Below, one piece after another: positions 1-9,266 of a stretch of 64,000 bases of DNA. The DNA lies in NCBI GenBank assembly GCA_963716145.1, contig OY970292.1, positions 533,171 through 597,170 of the forward strand, given 5' to 3'. The notes under the pieces are model-generated. The model was not told the DNA's origin. It worked only from the letters and a program-made list of their open reading frames with translations, and did not search any database. Position 1 is the stretch's first letter, and the number at the start of each line of letters is the position of its first letter. The stretch is from Candidatus Levyibacteriota bacterium. Lineage in GTDB: Bacteria; Patescibacteriota; Microgenomatia; Levybacterales; UBA12049. The position numbers were made by a program, and so were the translations under genes.

Positions 1-754
1 GAACTTGGGTATAATATGCAAATATGCCAACCGGAGAATTTCTAAGACAACTTCCAGCTGACCTAGCTGGAGGATTGGGAACTTGTACAGCAGTCACAGG
101 TGTATTAATTGGAGGCCAAATGTATCTTGAACGTGTAGCTTACGGTACGCGACCGCATAGGTCAACGCAAAATCCTGAATCAGCGCCCCAAGGTACTGCA
201 ACTCCTTCTCCCGCTAGACGAACCCGCCTCCGAAGGCGCTAAATCCCCACCTTGACTTTTCACAGGTATCTTCATATACTATCCTTGCTCTTTGATACTG
301 GATACTTGGTTGGATTTTTTTCTCTACAAGTTCACAAATCCTGAGGTATCCCGATGTAAATCGGGAGATGAGGCGAGTTCAGAGCACCGTGGTGCGATGA
401 GTAACCTTCCTAATTAATTTTAGCTCGGGAAAAAACCAATCAAACCCATATCATAGAGCAAAGAATTTATCTTTCTGAATTAGAGGTGTAAATCCGTTTA
501 TTTTATATATGCCTGAAGCAGAATCAGAGCAAGATCCAACAACTAATATATCTGAATCTGTTGAGCCTGTGGGAAAATTTAGAAATATTATTCTTCCTCC
601 AGATTTCGATATTAACCCAACAAGTAGAGTTACAGTTATTAGACATAAAGCAGCAAAAAGACCTAGGGGCAGAACTTCTCCAATCTACCACGAACACTAT
701 AAACCACCAAAAGAATAGCTTCCACTAATTTTCCAAAAGTAATATAATGCACTC

Positions 755-1394
755 ATGCATTTTGTGATTTTCACCGGCGGTACTCTGCAAAAAGGGCGGG
801 CTGTTGAGAACTCTTTGAAAAACTTTGACAAAATAATTGCTGTTGATAGCGGCGCTTCACACTGTACCCAACTCAAGCTAATCCCCGATTTTGTAGTTGG
901 CGACTTTGATTCTGTGGATAAAAGGATCCTTAAAAACTTTGAACAAAAAGGCTCCAAAATACTTAAATTCTCGCAGGAAAAAGACGCAACGGATACTGAA
1001 ATTGGAATTCAAACTGCCATTGAGCATGGCGCAACCAAAGTAAGCGTTCTTGGAGGACGCAGGAGATAGAATAGATCACATTCTCTCCAACATCCTGCTT
1101 CTTTTGAAAGAAAAATTCGCAAAAACGCGAATAAACTTCGTTAATGAAAATCAGCGAATTTTTATTGCAAGAAAAACCGTAAGCATTTCCGGCAAAAAGG
1201 GAGACACAGTATCTTTTATTCCAATTACGGGGAATGTGCCCGGCGTTGTCTCAACCGGCCTGAAATATAACCTTGCCAACTATCATCTCTCAATCCAAGG
1301 AAACCACGGAATAAGTAATGTGTTAACGCAGGATACAGCCACCGTAACCTGGAAAAAAGGCCCCTTCCTCATCGTCCACACTCAGCAAAGCTGA
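755..1394 (+). pseudogene. thiamine pyrophosphokinase (TPK/ThiN family), split by a +1 frameshift near 1055-1060
   Basis: ORF 755-1069 carries the TPK catalytic motifs (GDFDS, EKDATDTE). It ends in VLGGRRR*. ORF 1050-1394 in the next frame continues AGDRIDHILSNILLL and the thiamine-binding domain. Removing one base in ggaggaCgcagga restores the conserved LGGxGDRIDH motif. Confidence 0.6.
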
Positions 1395-1489
1395 CTTGTT
1401 ACTATTTGGTGAGGTTATTGTAGAGAAATTAGATAGCCGATAATATATACTGTTGTCAATATTGTGGAGATTATCTACAATAATTCTAT

Positions 1490-1993
1490 ATGGCAGAAAA
1501 CGATGGAGACAATCCAAAAGTAGTCCCGAAAGGGACTAACGAAGGACCCAAACTGGAGCAACCAAAGCATCTTGATCCTCCCGCGAGTAAAACAAGCGCA
1601 CTCCCCGGAGCTGATGCTCCAACTGTAAACCCTGCTGCTGATGCCGCAGAGATAAGAGAGCTAAGAGATGAACTCTTAGCGATGGCAAGATTCGGCAATG
1701 AAGAGGATGCACGAGTTATCAATGATGAACTTGACCGCTTCATAGGACAAAAACAAGCAGAAGGAGGAAACCCTATTGCCGAGGATACTTCGGCCGCCAA
1801 AGGTGAGGCCGCAGAAAATGGACTACACGATGACACAAGTTCTCCCCCTGAAAAAACAGACGATGTGCCTAATCCACCAGATCCAGACGCAGCTTCTACG
1901 CAGACACCTGCTTTGCTAACTGGCGATGCTGCTACAGCAAAAGGTCAACCCCGCAGCAGTGTAATAGTACATGCGGAAGCCACCCCGCGATGA
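1490..1993 (+). CDS. hypothetical acidic Ala/Asp/Pro-rich protein
   Basis: ORF with low-complexity acidic composition. It overlaps the next ORF out of frame. Confidence 0.3.
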   Translation: MAENDGDNPKVVPKGTNEGPKLEQPKHLDPPASKTSALPGADAPTVNPAADAAEIRELRDELLAMARFGNEEDARVINDELDRFIGQKQAEGGNPIAEDTSAAKGEAAENGLHDDTSSPPEKTDDVPNPPDPDAASTQTPALLTGDAATAKGQPRSSVIVHAEATPR

Positions 1994-2993
1994 ACCCACA
2001 AGGCCAACCGATGAAGGTATTTTACTTCCGCACACTGAGGTTTATCCGCATATTGAAATACCTAGTAATGCAACTATTCATATTCTTTTTGGCCGACACC
2101 ACACGGCAGCAGATATAGGTGATATTGATAGATTTACAGCTCTTGTTAGAGGAAGCGATATTGTTATTCCTGAGGTAGCAGGATGGGAAGAGTCGGGACA
2201 AAAACTATATAACAGAGTAGCGAAAGGAGACTATGATGCTCGACAAAGACTAATAGCTGCTTTTGAAGGCTTAGCTAGGCAGGGAATGCCTGGTGCTGAA
2301 TTTGAGATAGAAGTAGTTAAAGCTCTATATAGCAGCGGTGCTCAAATTGCTTACGTTGATCTGCCCAAATCACATCCTGATGCTACACTAGACCCTTATA
2401 AGTTTATTGGAAAATTCCCGATTATAGGAAGTTTTGAAGAAGGAATTACCCGTTTGGATTCCAATATGCGAAAAGGTGCAAAGCATCAAAGATCAAGAGA
2501 GATAACAATTATAAAAACCCTTGGCGAATTACTCCCTAAAGCTATATCAAAACATCCTAAGCTAAAAGATAAGCCGGATGCCAAGGTTTTAATGTGGCTT
2601 GGTAAAATTCATACTCCTGTATTTGATGCTTTGCACAGAGATCACGGAGCTCAAGTCAGTAGTGAGTTTTATAAAGAACCACAACCTGACAATATTAGGG
2701 AGTTAGTGCTTGATTATGCTACGGGAGAAATTGACAGCCTGCCGCAAGAGGAAAGAAGGCTTGCTCAAGGAAGAGTACTTGCTGAAGTTGCAGCATCCAC
2801 GGCATTTCGTGGACTAGGTATTGATCCCTCACGATATACACAGGATGAGGTTTCCGCCAGAACTGCCAGAGTGATTAAACCTCTCTCTCTTGAGCAACTA
2901 GCAGAACTTTATAATGCTATTGCAAATAATCAAAGAGATAATATGACAGCATTAGGTTTCCAGACCTCATTAATAAGAGAATTTGCCCGATAG
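1971..2993 (+). CDS. hypothetical protein
   Basis: 340-codon ORF with native-like codon usage. No recognisable motifs. Confidence 0.4.
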   Translation: MRKPPRDEPTRPTDEGILLPHTEVYPHIEIPSNATIHILFGRHHTAADIGDIDRFTALVRGSDIVIPEVAGWEESGQKLYNRVAKGDYDARQRLIAAFEGLARQGMPGAEFEIEVVKALYSSGAQIAYVDLPKSHPDATLDPYKFIGKFPIIGSFEEGITRLDSNMRKGAKHQRSREITIIKTLGELLPKAISKHPKLKDKPDAKVLMWLGKIHTPVFDALHRDHGAQVSSEFYKEPQPDNIRELVLDYATGEIDSLPQEERRLAQGRVLAEVAASTAFRGLGIDPSRYTQDEVSARTARVIKPLSLEQLAELYNAIANNQRDNMTALGFQTSLIREFAR

Positions 2994-3086
2994 CTTTTAT
3001 CTATCCCCATTGTCCCCATAGGTGCGATGTATTGGATAAATTTGTTCAGTATTGCCTAAATTCTCAAAGTATTGTATATTATTGTT

Positions 3087-3210
3087 CTGGGGAGCTCGTT
3101 GTTCGGGCTGAGAGTCCGCCGGTAGGCGGAGACCCATTGAACCTGACTTGCCCCGCGAAGTCCGCCAGTTGGCGGACGAAGTGGGTCCGGATAATGCCGG
3201 CGGAGGGAAA
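3087..3210 (+). promoter_or_regulatory. TPP (THI-box) riboswitch
   Basis: Conserved THI-box blocks are present: GGGGAGC...CUGAGA, a P3 hairpin, ACCCAUUGAACCUGA, then CGGAUAAUGCCGGCGGAGGGAA. These sit immediately 5' of the ThiY-like ATG at 3213. An extra hairpin (gtccgccagttggcggac) that nearly duplicates P3 is inserted before GGAUAAUGCC. Confidence 0.8.
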
Positions 3211-3212
3211 CT

Positions 3213-4226
3213 ATGAAAAAACTCATTCTTCTTTTTGTTATTCTAATAATTGTTCTTTTTGCCCTCTTTCCCTTTCAGAATCAATCTCCCAAGAACCAAG
3301 AACCAAAAACCAAGAACTTTACTATCGCTCTTGACTGGACCCCCAACACCAACCACACCGGTATATATGTAGCACTGCAAAAAGGTTGGTACAAAGAGCA
3401 AGGCCTTGATATAAAAATTCTCCCCTACTCGCAAGTATCAGCTGATACTCTGGTATCCACAGGTAAAGCTGACGCCGGTATCAGTTCAACCGAAAATATA
3501 GTAGCGGATGCAGCGACAGGAAATCCTGTCGTCTCAATTGCCGCGATAATTGCGCATAACACATCAGCACTTGTCGCCCTGTCTGACAGCGACATCAAAA
3601 GCCCCCGCGACTTGGACGGAAAAATCTATGGTGGATTCGGATTGCCTTATGAACAAGCTGTGGTTAGCGAAGTGATTAAGCATGATGGCGGAACAGGCGA
3701 ATTTAAAAATGTAACACTTACCACCTCTGCCATGCAGGCTTTGGAGAGTAAAAAAATTGATTTTGTCTGGATTTTTATGAGTTGGGAAGGAATTGAGGCA
3801 AACCGTGCCAAACTTGGTTTGAAAGTTTTCCCTATCCCGATGTTTGGTATCCCCGATTATTCAACACCAAATATAATAACTTCTAAAAAAACGCTTGAGG
3901 AGAAAAAATTGCTAATCAAAAAATTTATGAACGCAACAAAACGTGGATTTGAATATGCAAGGATTCATCCCAAAGAATCTGCTCAGATTCTTATTGATGC
4001 TACGCCAAAAGGCACTTTTCCTGACACTGGGCTGGTCACTGACAGTCAAATATTCCTAAGTCCGCTTTATGCTGACCCTGGGAAAGCTTGGGGACTGCAG
4101 GACAAAGCCATGTGGCATAATTATCCGAAGTTTATGCTCCAGGCAGGAGCTGTAACTGACGTAGAGGGTAAAAAAGTGACCAAGTTGGATTTAGAAAGTT
4201 TGTATACCAATGAATTTTTGCAATAA
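3213..4226 (+). CDS. ABC transporter substrate-binding protein, NMT1/THI5-like (ThiY-like HMP/thiamine-precursor binding)
   Basis: Signal/TM N-terminus. NMT1/THI5 domain pattern (ALDWTPNTNHTGIYVA...GKADAGISS...DLDGKIYGG). It is preceded by the TPP riboswitch. Confidence 0.8.
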   Translation: MKKLILLFVILIIVLFALFPFQNQSPKNQEPKTKNFTIALDWTPNTNHTGIYVALQKGWYKEQGLDIKILPYSQVSADTLVSTGKADAGISSTENIVADAATGNPVVSIAAIIAHNTSALVALSDSDIKSPRDLDGKIYGGFGLPYEQAVVSEVIKHDGGTGEFKNVTLTTSAMQALESKKIDFVWIFMSWEGIEANRAKLGLKVFPIPMFGIPDYSTPNIITSKKTLEEKKLLIKKFMNATKRGFEYARIHPKESAQILIDATPKGTFPDTGLVTDSQIFLSPLYADPGKAWGLQDKAMWHNYPKFMLQAGAVTDVEGKKVTKLDLESLYTNEFLQ

Positions 4227-4288
4227 ATTTTCATTTTTCAATTTAAAATTTGAAATGAAACTTAAATGTTTAAAAATTTAAATTTGAA

Positions 4289-4309
4289 CCTTGCCTGCCG
4301 GCAGGCAGG
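4289..4309. repeat. GC palindrome cctgcctgccggcaggcagg, copy 1
   Basis: Perfect 20-nt palindrome 60 nt after the thiY-like stop. A near-identical copy lies at 43253-43272. Confidence 0.6.
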
Positions 4310-4392
4310 AATTCATTGAAAATTGTCCATTCGACAAGCTCAGGATCCTGAGTGTATCGAAGGAAAAATTTCAAATTGAAAATTATATTAAT

Positions 4393-5154
4393 ATGTCGGA
4401 TGAAATTCTTCGTATCTCGCGCTTAAATAAAATATTCCCAAACAATCTACAAGCTCTCAGTGAGATCGCGTTTTCTGTCAAAAAGCAGGAATTTGTGAGC
4501 ATAATCGGCCCATCAGGATGCGGCAAAAGTACACTTTTTAATATCCTAGCGGGGGTTGAAAATCAAACAACCGGCGCGGTTGAATTAAATGGAAAAACTG
4601 TCGCAAAGCGAGCTGGATTATTTGGCTACATGCCCCAATCCCCTCTTCTTCTTCCCTGGAGAACAGTTCTTGAAAATGTAATACTGGGCCAGGATGTACT
4701 GCGCGTACCACGAAAAATCTCCAAACAAAAAGCAATGAAAATTCTGCAGCAATTTGGTCTGTCTGAATTTGCTGCTAACTATCCAAATACTCTATCAGGA
4801 GGAATGAAGCAGCGAATTGCGCTGATCCGTACAGTCCTTTTTCAAAAAGACTTCCTTTTGCTTGATGAACCTTTTGGGGCTCTGGACTCACTCACCCGAT
4901 TATCCTGCCAGCTGTGGCTACTGGAGCTACAGAAAAAGCTCAAACCGACAATTCTTTTCATAACTCACGACGTGCGGGAAGCCATCTTCTTATCAGACAC
5001 TATCTATGTACTAAGTCCACGACCCGGGAAAATTATTAAAAAATTTGAGGTAGGACTTCCCCGACCAAGACAAAAAGAACAACTAGCATCACAACTTGCT
5101 GTCAGGTTGGAGCAGAAAATTCTGTCGCACCTTTTTAACGAAAAAAGTCTATGA
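4393..5154 (+). CDS. ABC transporter ATP-binding protein (NitT/TauT family)
   Basis: Walker A GPSGCGKST, signature LSGGMKQR, Walker B LLLDEP. The start is moved to the ATG at 4393; the track start at 4291 lies inside a palindrome. Confidence 0.85.
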   Translation: MSDEILRISRLNKIFPNNLQALSEIAFSVKKQEFVSIIGPSGCGKSTLFNILAGVENQTTGAVELNGKTVAKRAGLFGYMPQSPLLLPWRTVLENVILGQDVLRVPRKISKQKAMKILQQFGLSEFAANYPNTLSGGMKQRIALIRTVLFQKDFLLLDEPFGALDSLTRLSCQLWLLELQKKLKPTILFITHDVREAIFLSDTIYVLSPRPGKIIKKFEVGLPRPRQKEQLASQLAVRLEQKILSHLFNEKSL

Positions 5155-5900
5155 AACTGAAAAAAATCGCGCAATTCGGACCAAGCATTATTTTTCTCTT
5201 CCTAATTTTTCTGGTATGGGAAATTTTTGCTGAGTCTAATCAAATAAATAGCCGCTTGCTTCCCGCCCCATCAAAAATTGTTGCTGCACTGGTTAATAAT
5301 TGGAGCATCATCGCTCCCCACGCTTTCCAAACAATTCTTGAAACTATTATCGGCTTTGTAATCGCAATAATTCTTGGCGTAATTGTAGCCCTACTTTTGG
5401 ATTTCTCCCCCTGGGTGAGACGGACACTCTATCCCCTTCTTGTCACTTCTCAAACAATTCCCATGATCGCGCTTGCTCCTCTGCTGCTTGTATGGTTCGG
5501 GTTTGACCTTTTACCCAAAGTGATTATGGTTATATTGTTTTGCTTTTTCCCGATCGCTATCGCGACAGCCGACGGACTTGCTTCAACTGATAGTGACCTT
5601 TTAAAACTTCTCAAAAGTATGAACGCATCCTATTTTCAAACATTAAGATACGTCAAATTTCCAGGAGCTCTTCCGCAATTTTTTGCAGGTACTAAAATCG
5701 CAGCGACATACAGCCTTACAGGCGCTATTGTTGGTGAATATGTGGGGGCCTACCGAGGACTTGGGATTTATATGCAAACGATGAGCAATTCCCAGGCAAC
5801 AGTTCTTGTCTTTGCCGCGATTGTGGTAACAACACTGCTTAGTTTGGCGTTATTTGGAGTTATTATGCTGATTGAAAAAATCTGCACACCTTGGAATTAA
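5151..5900 (+). CDS. ABC transporter permease (NitT/TauT family)
   Basis: Polytopic membrane protein. ATGA start/stop overlap with the ATPase gene. Confidence 0.8.
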   Translation: MKLKKIAQFGPSIIFLFLIFLVWEIFAESNQINSRLLPAPSKIVAALVNNWSIIAPHAFQTILETIIGFVIAIILGVIVALLLDFSPWVRRTLYPLLVTSQTIPMIALAPLLLVWFGFDLLPKVIMVILFCFFPIAIATADGLASTDSDLLKLLKSMNASYFQTLRYVKFPGALPQFFAGTKIAATYSLTGAIVGEYVGAYRGLGIYMQTMSNSQATVLVFAAIVVTTLLSLALFGVIMLIEKICTPWN

Positions 5901-6000
5901 ACCAGAAAACTATCATCAAATAATTTCTTGCTCCTTGCCCAAGCTCCCTTGGTTTGGTAAAATTGTGAATACCGTAATTTTTGGTTCTGCTTTGCAGAAT

Positions 6001-6072
6001 GCCGAGATAGCTCAGCGGTAGAGCAGCTGTTTTGTAAACAGCAGGTCCGGGGTCCGAATCCCCGTCTCGGCT
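6001..6072 (+). tRNA. tRNA-Thr (anticodon TGT)
   Basis: Cloverleaf folds by hand: acceptor gccgaga/tctcggc, D-stem gctc/gagc, anticodon stem gctgt/acagc with loop tttgtaa. T-loop reads tccgaat. Confidence 0.75.
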
Positions 6073-6170
6073 CTGTCTTCGTATAGCGAAGAACTTAGAA
6101 CAAAGAACTAAAAACAAAAAACGTTTTCTTAGTTCAAGGTTCATAGTTCTATGTTTTGCGTAGCAAACTA

Positions 6171-6254
6171 GCCAGATTCGCATAGCGGCAATTGCACCTC
6201 GCTGTAGACGAGGCGACCGTAAGGTCTACGGGGGTTCGAGTCCCTCATCTGGCA
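6171..6254 (+). tRNA. tRNA-Tyr (anticodon GTA), long variable arm
   Basis: Acceptor gccagat/atctggc, anticodon loop ctgtaga, 16-nt variable arm, T-loop ttcgagt. Confidence 0.75.
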
Positions 6255-6357
6255 CTCTATTCAGCTACGCTGAATACTAACGAACCAAGAACTGAAAACT
6301 CAGAAAGAAAATTTTCCTAGTCCTTGGTTTTTAGTTTTGAGTTCTGCTTTGCAGAAT

Positions 6358-6430
6358 GCCGAAGTGGCTCAGTGGTAGAGCAAGTCATTGGTAATGACTA
6401 GATCATGGGTTCCGATTCCCATCTTCGGCT
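6358..6430 (+). tRNA. tRNA-Thr (anticodon GGT)
   Basis: Acceptor gccgaag/cttcggc, anticodon stem agtca/tgact with loop ttggtaa. The T-loop appears to be 8 nt (ttccgatt). Confidence 0.7.
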
Positions 6431-6444
6431 CAATAATAATTCAT

Positions 6445-7650
6445 TTAACCTGCTATCTCAGCCCCATTAGGATGATTTCTCGTGTTTAGAATTAGAGTAA
6501 TGTAAAGAATGATTATCAAGCTAAAAGCTGCAATTTCAAAACTAATTTTAAAAATACTGACCAACAGTAACAACACTACGTATAATGGCGCGCGTAAAAG
6601 CATAGAGATTGTATTGCGGTGAGTCGAGGCAGCAAGTGAGCCTATCTTAAGACCTCTGGATGTTATATTTGTATCGATGGGAATTGCTACCAAAAGAGAA
6701 AATACTCCGACAATAAATACAGAGATATAGTATAGGAGCGTATCGGTAACTGTAAGACGAAGAATCCAAGTACAAGCAATTATCAGACTTCCTACGATTA
6801 TCATCCGCGTTCCGTATTTTTTTGTTAACTTGCCTGCTAAATAAGAAAAAGAGGCAGTGCTTAGGGAGACTATCACAGGAACTGCGGCAACCGAACCGAC
6901 AGTACCAATTACGGTAAATATAAAAAGCGGCCAGATAATCCCGTCGACCTCACTATGCAATCCCCATAAAGCAAGCGTCAGAAAATTTTTTCTTTCTTGC
7001 GGTGCCTCGAAAAATTCCCTGGAGGATAATTTTTTTTCATTTGGTAAATCGCGAACGTGACGCATTTTAAAAAGAGGAATGATAGACAATATGAAAATAA
7101 ATACGCTTGCAACAGACAAATAACCTTTACCCAATGTGATGAGTATAAGAGCGCCCACAATTGGCCCTGATATATTTGCCAACTGCCGAACTCCCTCCAG
7201 AGCACCGACTGTTTTTCCTGGATCAATCTCCTCCCTATTTATTTCAATAAAAAGGTATACATGAGATATCCAAAAAAGCGTATCATATACTGCGGCTAGA
7301 GTAGCTAAAAGCCATAAAAGAGGCCAGTTGTCAGAAGGTAACGCCCCAAGCAGTCCAAAAAATGCGATAGTCGCAACTGTCCCCCATATCATTACTTTTC
7401 GTGCTCCAATTTTCCGAACAACCCGCTCAACTACAAAATTCAGGGGAATATCAATTGCGTTGTATATAAGATAAAAAATAATTACCTCACTTAATGAATA
7501 TCCTGACTCAAGAAGGAGAATCGGCACAAAAATCGAGATAAGCGATCGGGCCAAGGTATGAAGCCATATAGCCAATTCAAAAAAGTGAAGGTCGGGGTGT
7601 TTGGAAAATCTATATAAATGGTGCCTGTTGTAAAAATGAGCAAGCTGCAT
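6445..7650 (-). CDS. MFS-type membrane transporter
   Basis: 401-aa polytopic hydrophobic protein with about 12 predicted helices. Confidence 0.55.
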   Translation of the reverse strand: MQLAHFYNRHHLYRFSKHPDLHFFELAIWLHTLARSLISIFVPILLLESGYSLSEVIIFYLIYNAIDIPLNFVVERVVRKIGARKVMIWGTVATIAFFGLLGALPSDNWPLLWLLATLAAVYDTLFWISHVYLFIEINREEIDPGKTVGALEGVRQLANISGPIVGALILITLGKGYLSVASVFIFILSIIPLFKMRHVRDLPNEKKLSSREFFEAPQERKNFLTLALWGLHSEVDGIIWPLFIFTVIGTVGSVAAVPVIVSLSTASFSYLAGKLTKKYGTRMIIVGSLIIACTWILRLTVTDTLLYYISVFIVGVFSLLVAIPIDTNITSRGLKIGSLAASTHRNTISMLLRAPLYVVLLLLVSIFKISFEIAAFSLIIILYITLILNTRNHPNGAEIAG

Positions 7651-7728
7651 TAATTTATGATATCACAACTTATGCCCCGCAATATCCTTGTGGCAGTTTA
7701 ATCAGAAATATTGTATAATACATAGATT

Positions 7729-7905
7729 ATGGCGAAAAAAGGAGAACACAGAATAAAAATTGGTCTGGTTTGTCAGATTTGCAAGAATAAAAACTATGTG
7801 TCACAGAAAAATAAGATGGAGACACCTGAAAAATTGGTGCTTCATAAATTTTGTAAGCATTGCAAAAAAGTGACAGACCACAAAGAAACTGAAAAACTTA
7901 AGTAA
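7729..7905 (+). CDS. rpmG: 50S ribosomal protein L33
   Basis: 58-aa ORF, not in the track because it is under 60 aa: MAKKGEHRIKIGLVCQICKNKNYVSQKNKMETPEKLVLHKFCKHCKKVTDHKETEKLK. It has the CxxC...CxxC zinc ribbon and length typical of L33. Confidence 0.8.
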   Translation: MAKKGEHRIKIGLVCQICKNKNYVSQKNKMETPEKLVLHKFCKHCKKVTDHKETEKLK

Positions 7906-7937
7906 GATTGCGTATAGCAAATAGCTTATGGCGTATG

Positions 7938-7968
7938 GTAAGAATCCTTTCTTACTCTACGCTTTTTT
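7938..7968 (+). terminator. rho-independent terminator after rpmG
   Basis: Hairpin gtaagaa-tcctt-ttcttac followed by a T6 run. Confidence 0.5.
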
Positions 7969-8025
7969 AGTATAATGGGCTAACTATTTGCTATTAGCTA
8001 TTAGCTATGCGCTGTTAGCCAATAT

Positions 8026-8097
8026 AGGGACGTGGTGAAATGGTTATCACAGCAGTCTCCAAAACTGCTTTTCCCAGTTCGAGTCTGGGCGTCCCTG
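8026..8097 (+). tRNA. tRNA-Trp (anticodon CCA)
   Basis: Acceptor agggacg/cgtccct, D-stem gtga/tcac, anticodon loop ctccaaa, T-loop ttcgagt. Confidence 0.85.
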
Positions 8098-8150
8098 CAC
8101 ATCACAAATTAATATCTTGCATTTTTTAAAAAAAGTATTAATATATTATT

Positions 8151-8531
8151 GTGGGACATGACGCGCATCACGAACATCTCATAAAAGAACTGACAGAACA
8201 GCTGGAGCCTGTTTTTTCAAACTCTCCTCAGGGCATTTATCTATAACTTGATGATGAGCACAAATCCTGCAATAAGAAATTTGCTGATCTTCTCGGATAC
8301 AAATCAACTCAGGAATGGGTAGATAATCAATTCCCCATCGAAGACGTCGCTGAAGAAGACCAGGAAAAAGGAATTGAGGCATATATAAATGCGTCAACAA
8401 AGCTAATCGCTTCAACGTTTACAGGAAGCTTAGTGAGAAAAGACGGAAAGAAAATAAAAGCAGAAGTCACCATGGCCCCAATAACCTACAAAGGCGAAAT
8501 ATTTGTCCTCCACTTTATCTCCGAGAAGTAA
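8151..8531 (+). pseudogene. PAS-domain protein interrupted by an in-frame TAA at 8244-8246
   Basis: The frame starting at GTG 8151 reads HHEHLIKELTEQLEPVFSNSPQGIYL*LDDEHKSCNKKFADLLGYKSTQEW...KGEIFVLHFISEK. This is the PAS sensory-box pattern (GIYLxD...N.aFadLlGY) with a stop at a conserved hydrophobic position. Confidence 0.5.
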
Positions 8532-8609
8532 TAAGTTCCAACATAATTATTTAACTCCTGCCACAATTTCCCCTCTTGCAATTCTGATTTTTTCAGATAT
8601 ATAATCAAG

Positions 8610-9218
8610 GTGGTGAAAAAATATATCGTTGAATTTATCGGCACATTTTTTCTGGTTCTGGTTATCGCACTTAGCGGAAATCCTCTGGCAATCGGTGTCG
8701 CACTGACCGCGCTTGTCTATATGGGAGGATATATCTCAGGAGCGCATTATAATCCGGCAGTGACTCTTGCTCTTTGGATGAGTAAAAAGGTCAAGTCGGA
8801 TACAGTCCTTCCCTACATGCTGACCCAACTTGTTGCCGCAATTGCCGCATCTAGTGTCTATTTTGTGGTTACCAATAAAATTTTTATTCCTCAACCAGGA
8901 GTAAACGTCAATATGCTTACAGCAGTAATAGTTGAAGTATTATTTACCTTTCTTTTGGCTTCAGTTGTTCTTCATACTGCTGCAACTGAAAAAACAAAAG
9001 GCAATGACTATTTTGGTCTCGCGATAGGTCTGACCGTGATGGCAGCTGCATTTGCAGGCGGGCCAATCTCAGGCGGAGCCTTTAATCCGGCAGTCGGTGT
9101 CGGACCGCTTCTTTTTGATATCGGAAACCTCAGCGCAAACACAACAAATATTATTCTCTACCTCGTCGGCCCGTTCCTCGGCGGAGCATTGGCAAGTGTT
9201 GTATATAAATTGAAATAA
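8610..9218 (+). CDS. aqpZ: aquaporin / MIP-family channel
   Basis: Two NPA motifs (HYNPAVT, AFNPAV) and six TM segments. Confidence 0.85.
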   Translation: MVKKYIVEFIGTFFLVLVIALSGNPLAIGVALTALVYMGGYISGAHYNPAVTLALWMSKKVKSDTVLPYMLTQLVAAIAASSVYFVVTNKIFIPQPGVNVNMLTAVIVEVLFTFLLASVVLHTAATEKTKGNDYFGLAIGLTVMAAAFAGGPISGGAFNPAVGVGPLLFDIGNLSANTTNIILYLVGPFLGGALASVVYKLK

Positions 9219-9266
9219 AGTAGTCTCCAAACATTTCCCCTGTTATAATTTGCTATAATACAATTT

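Noticed and set aside
3032-3334. ORF 3032-3334 (100 aa) overlapping the riboswitch and the thiY-like start
   Set aside because: It covers the conserved TPP aptamer and reads out of frame into the thiY-like gene. The region is explained by the riboswitch.
4291-4392. Track start of the ABC ATPase at 4291 (MPAGRQEF...)
   Set aside because: It begins inside the GC palindrome and intergenic AT repeats. The first ATG with a conserved N-terminus is at 4393.
5863-6183. Minus-strand ORF overlapping tRNA-Thr and tRNA-Tyr
   Set aside because: It lies antisense to two tRNA genes and their hairpin spacers, and is spurious.
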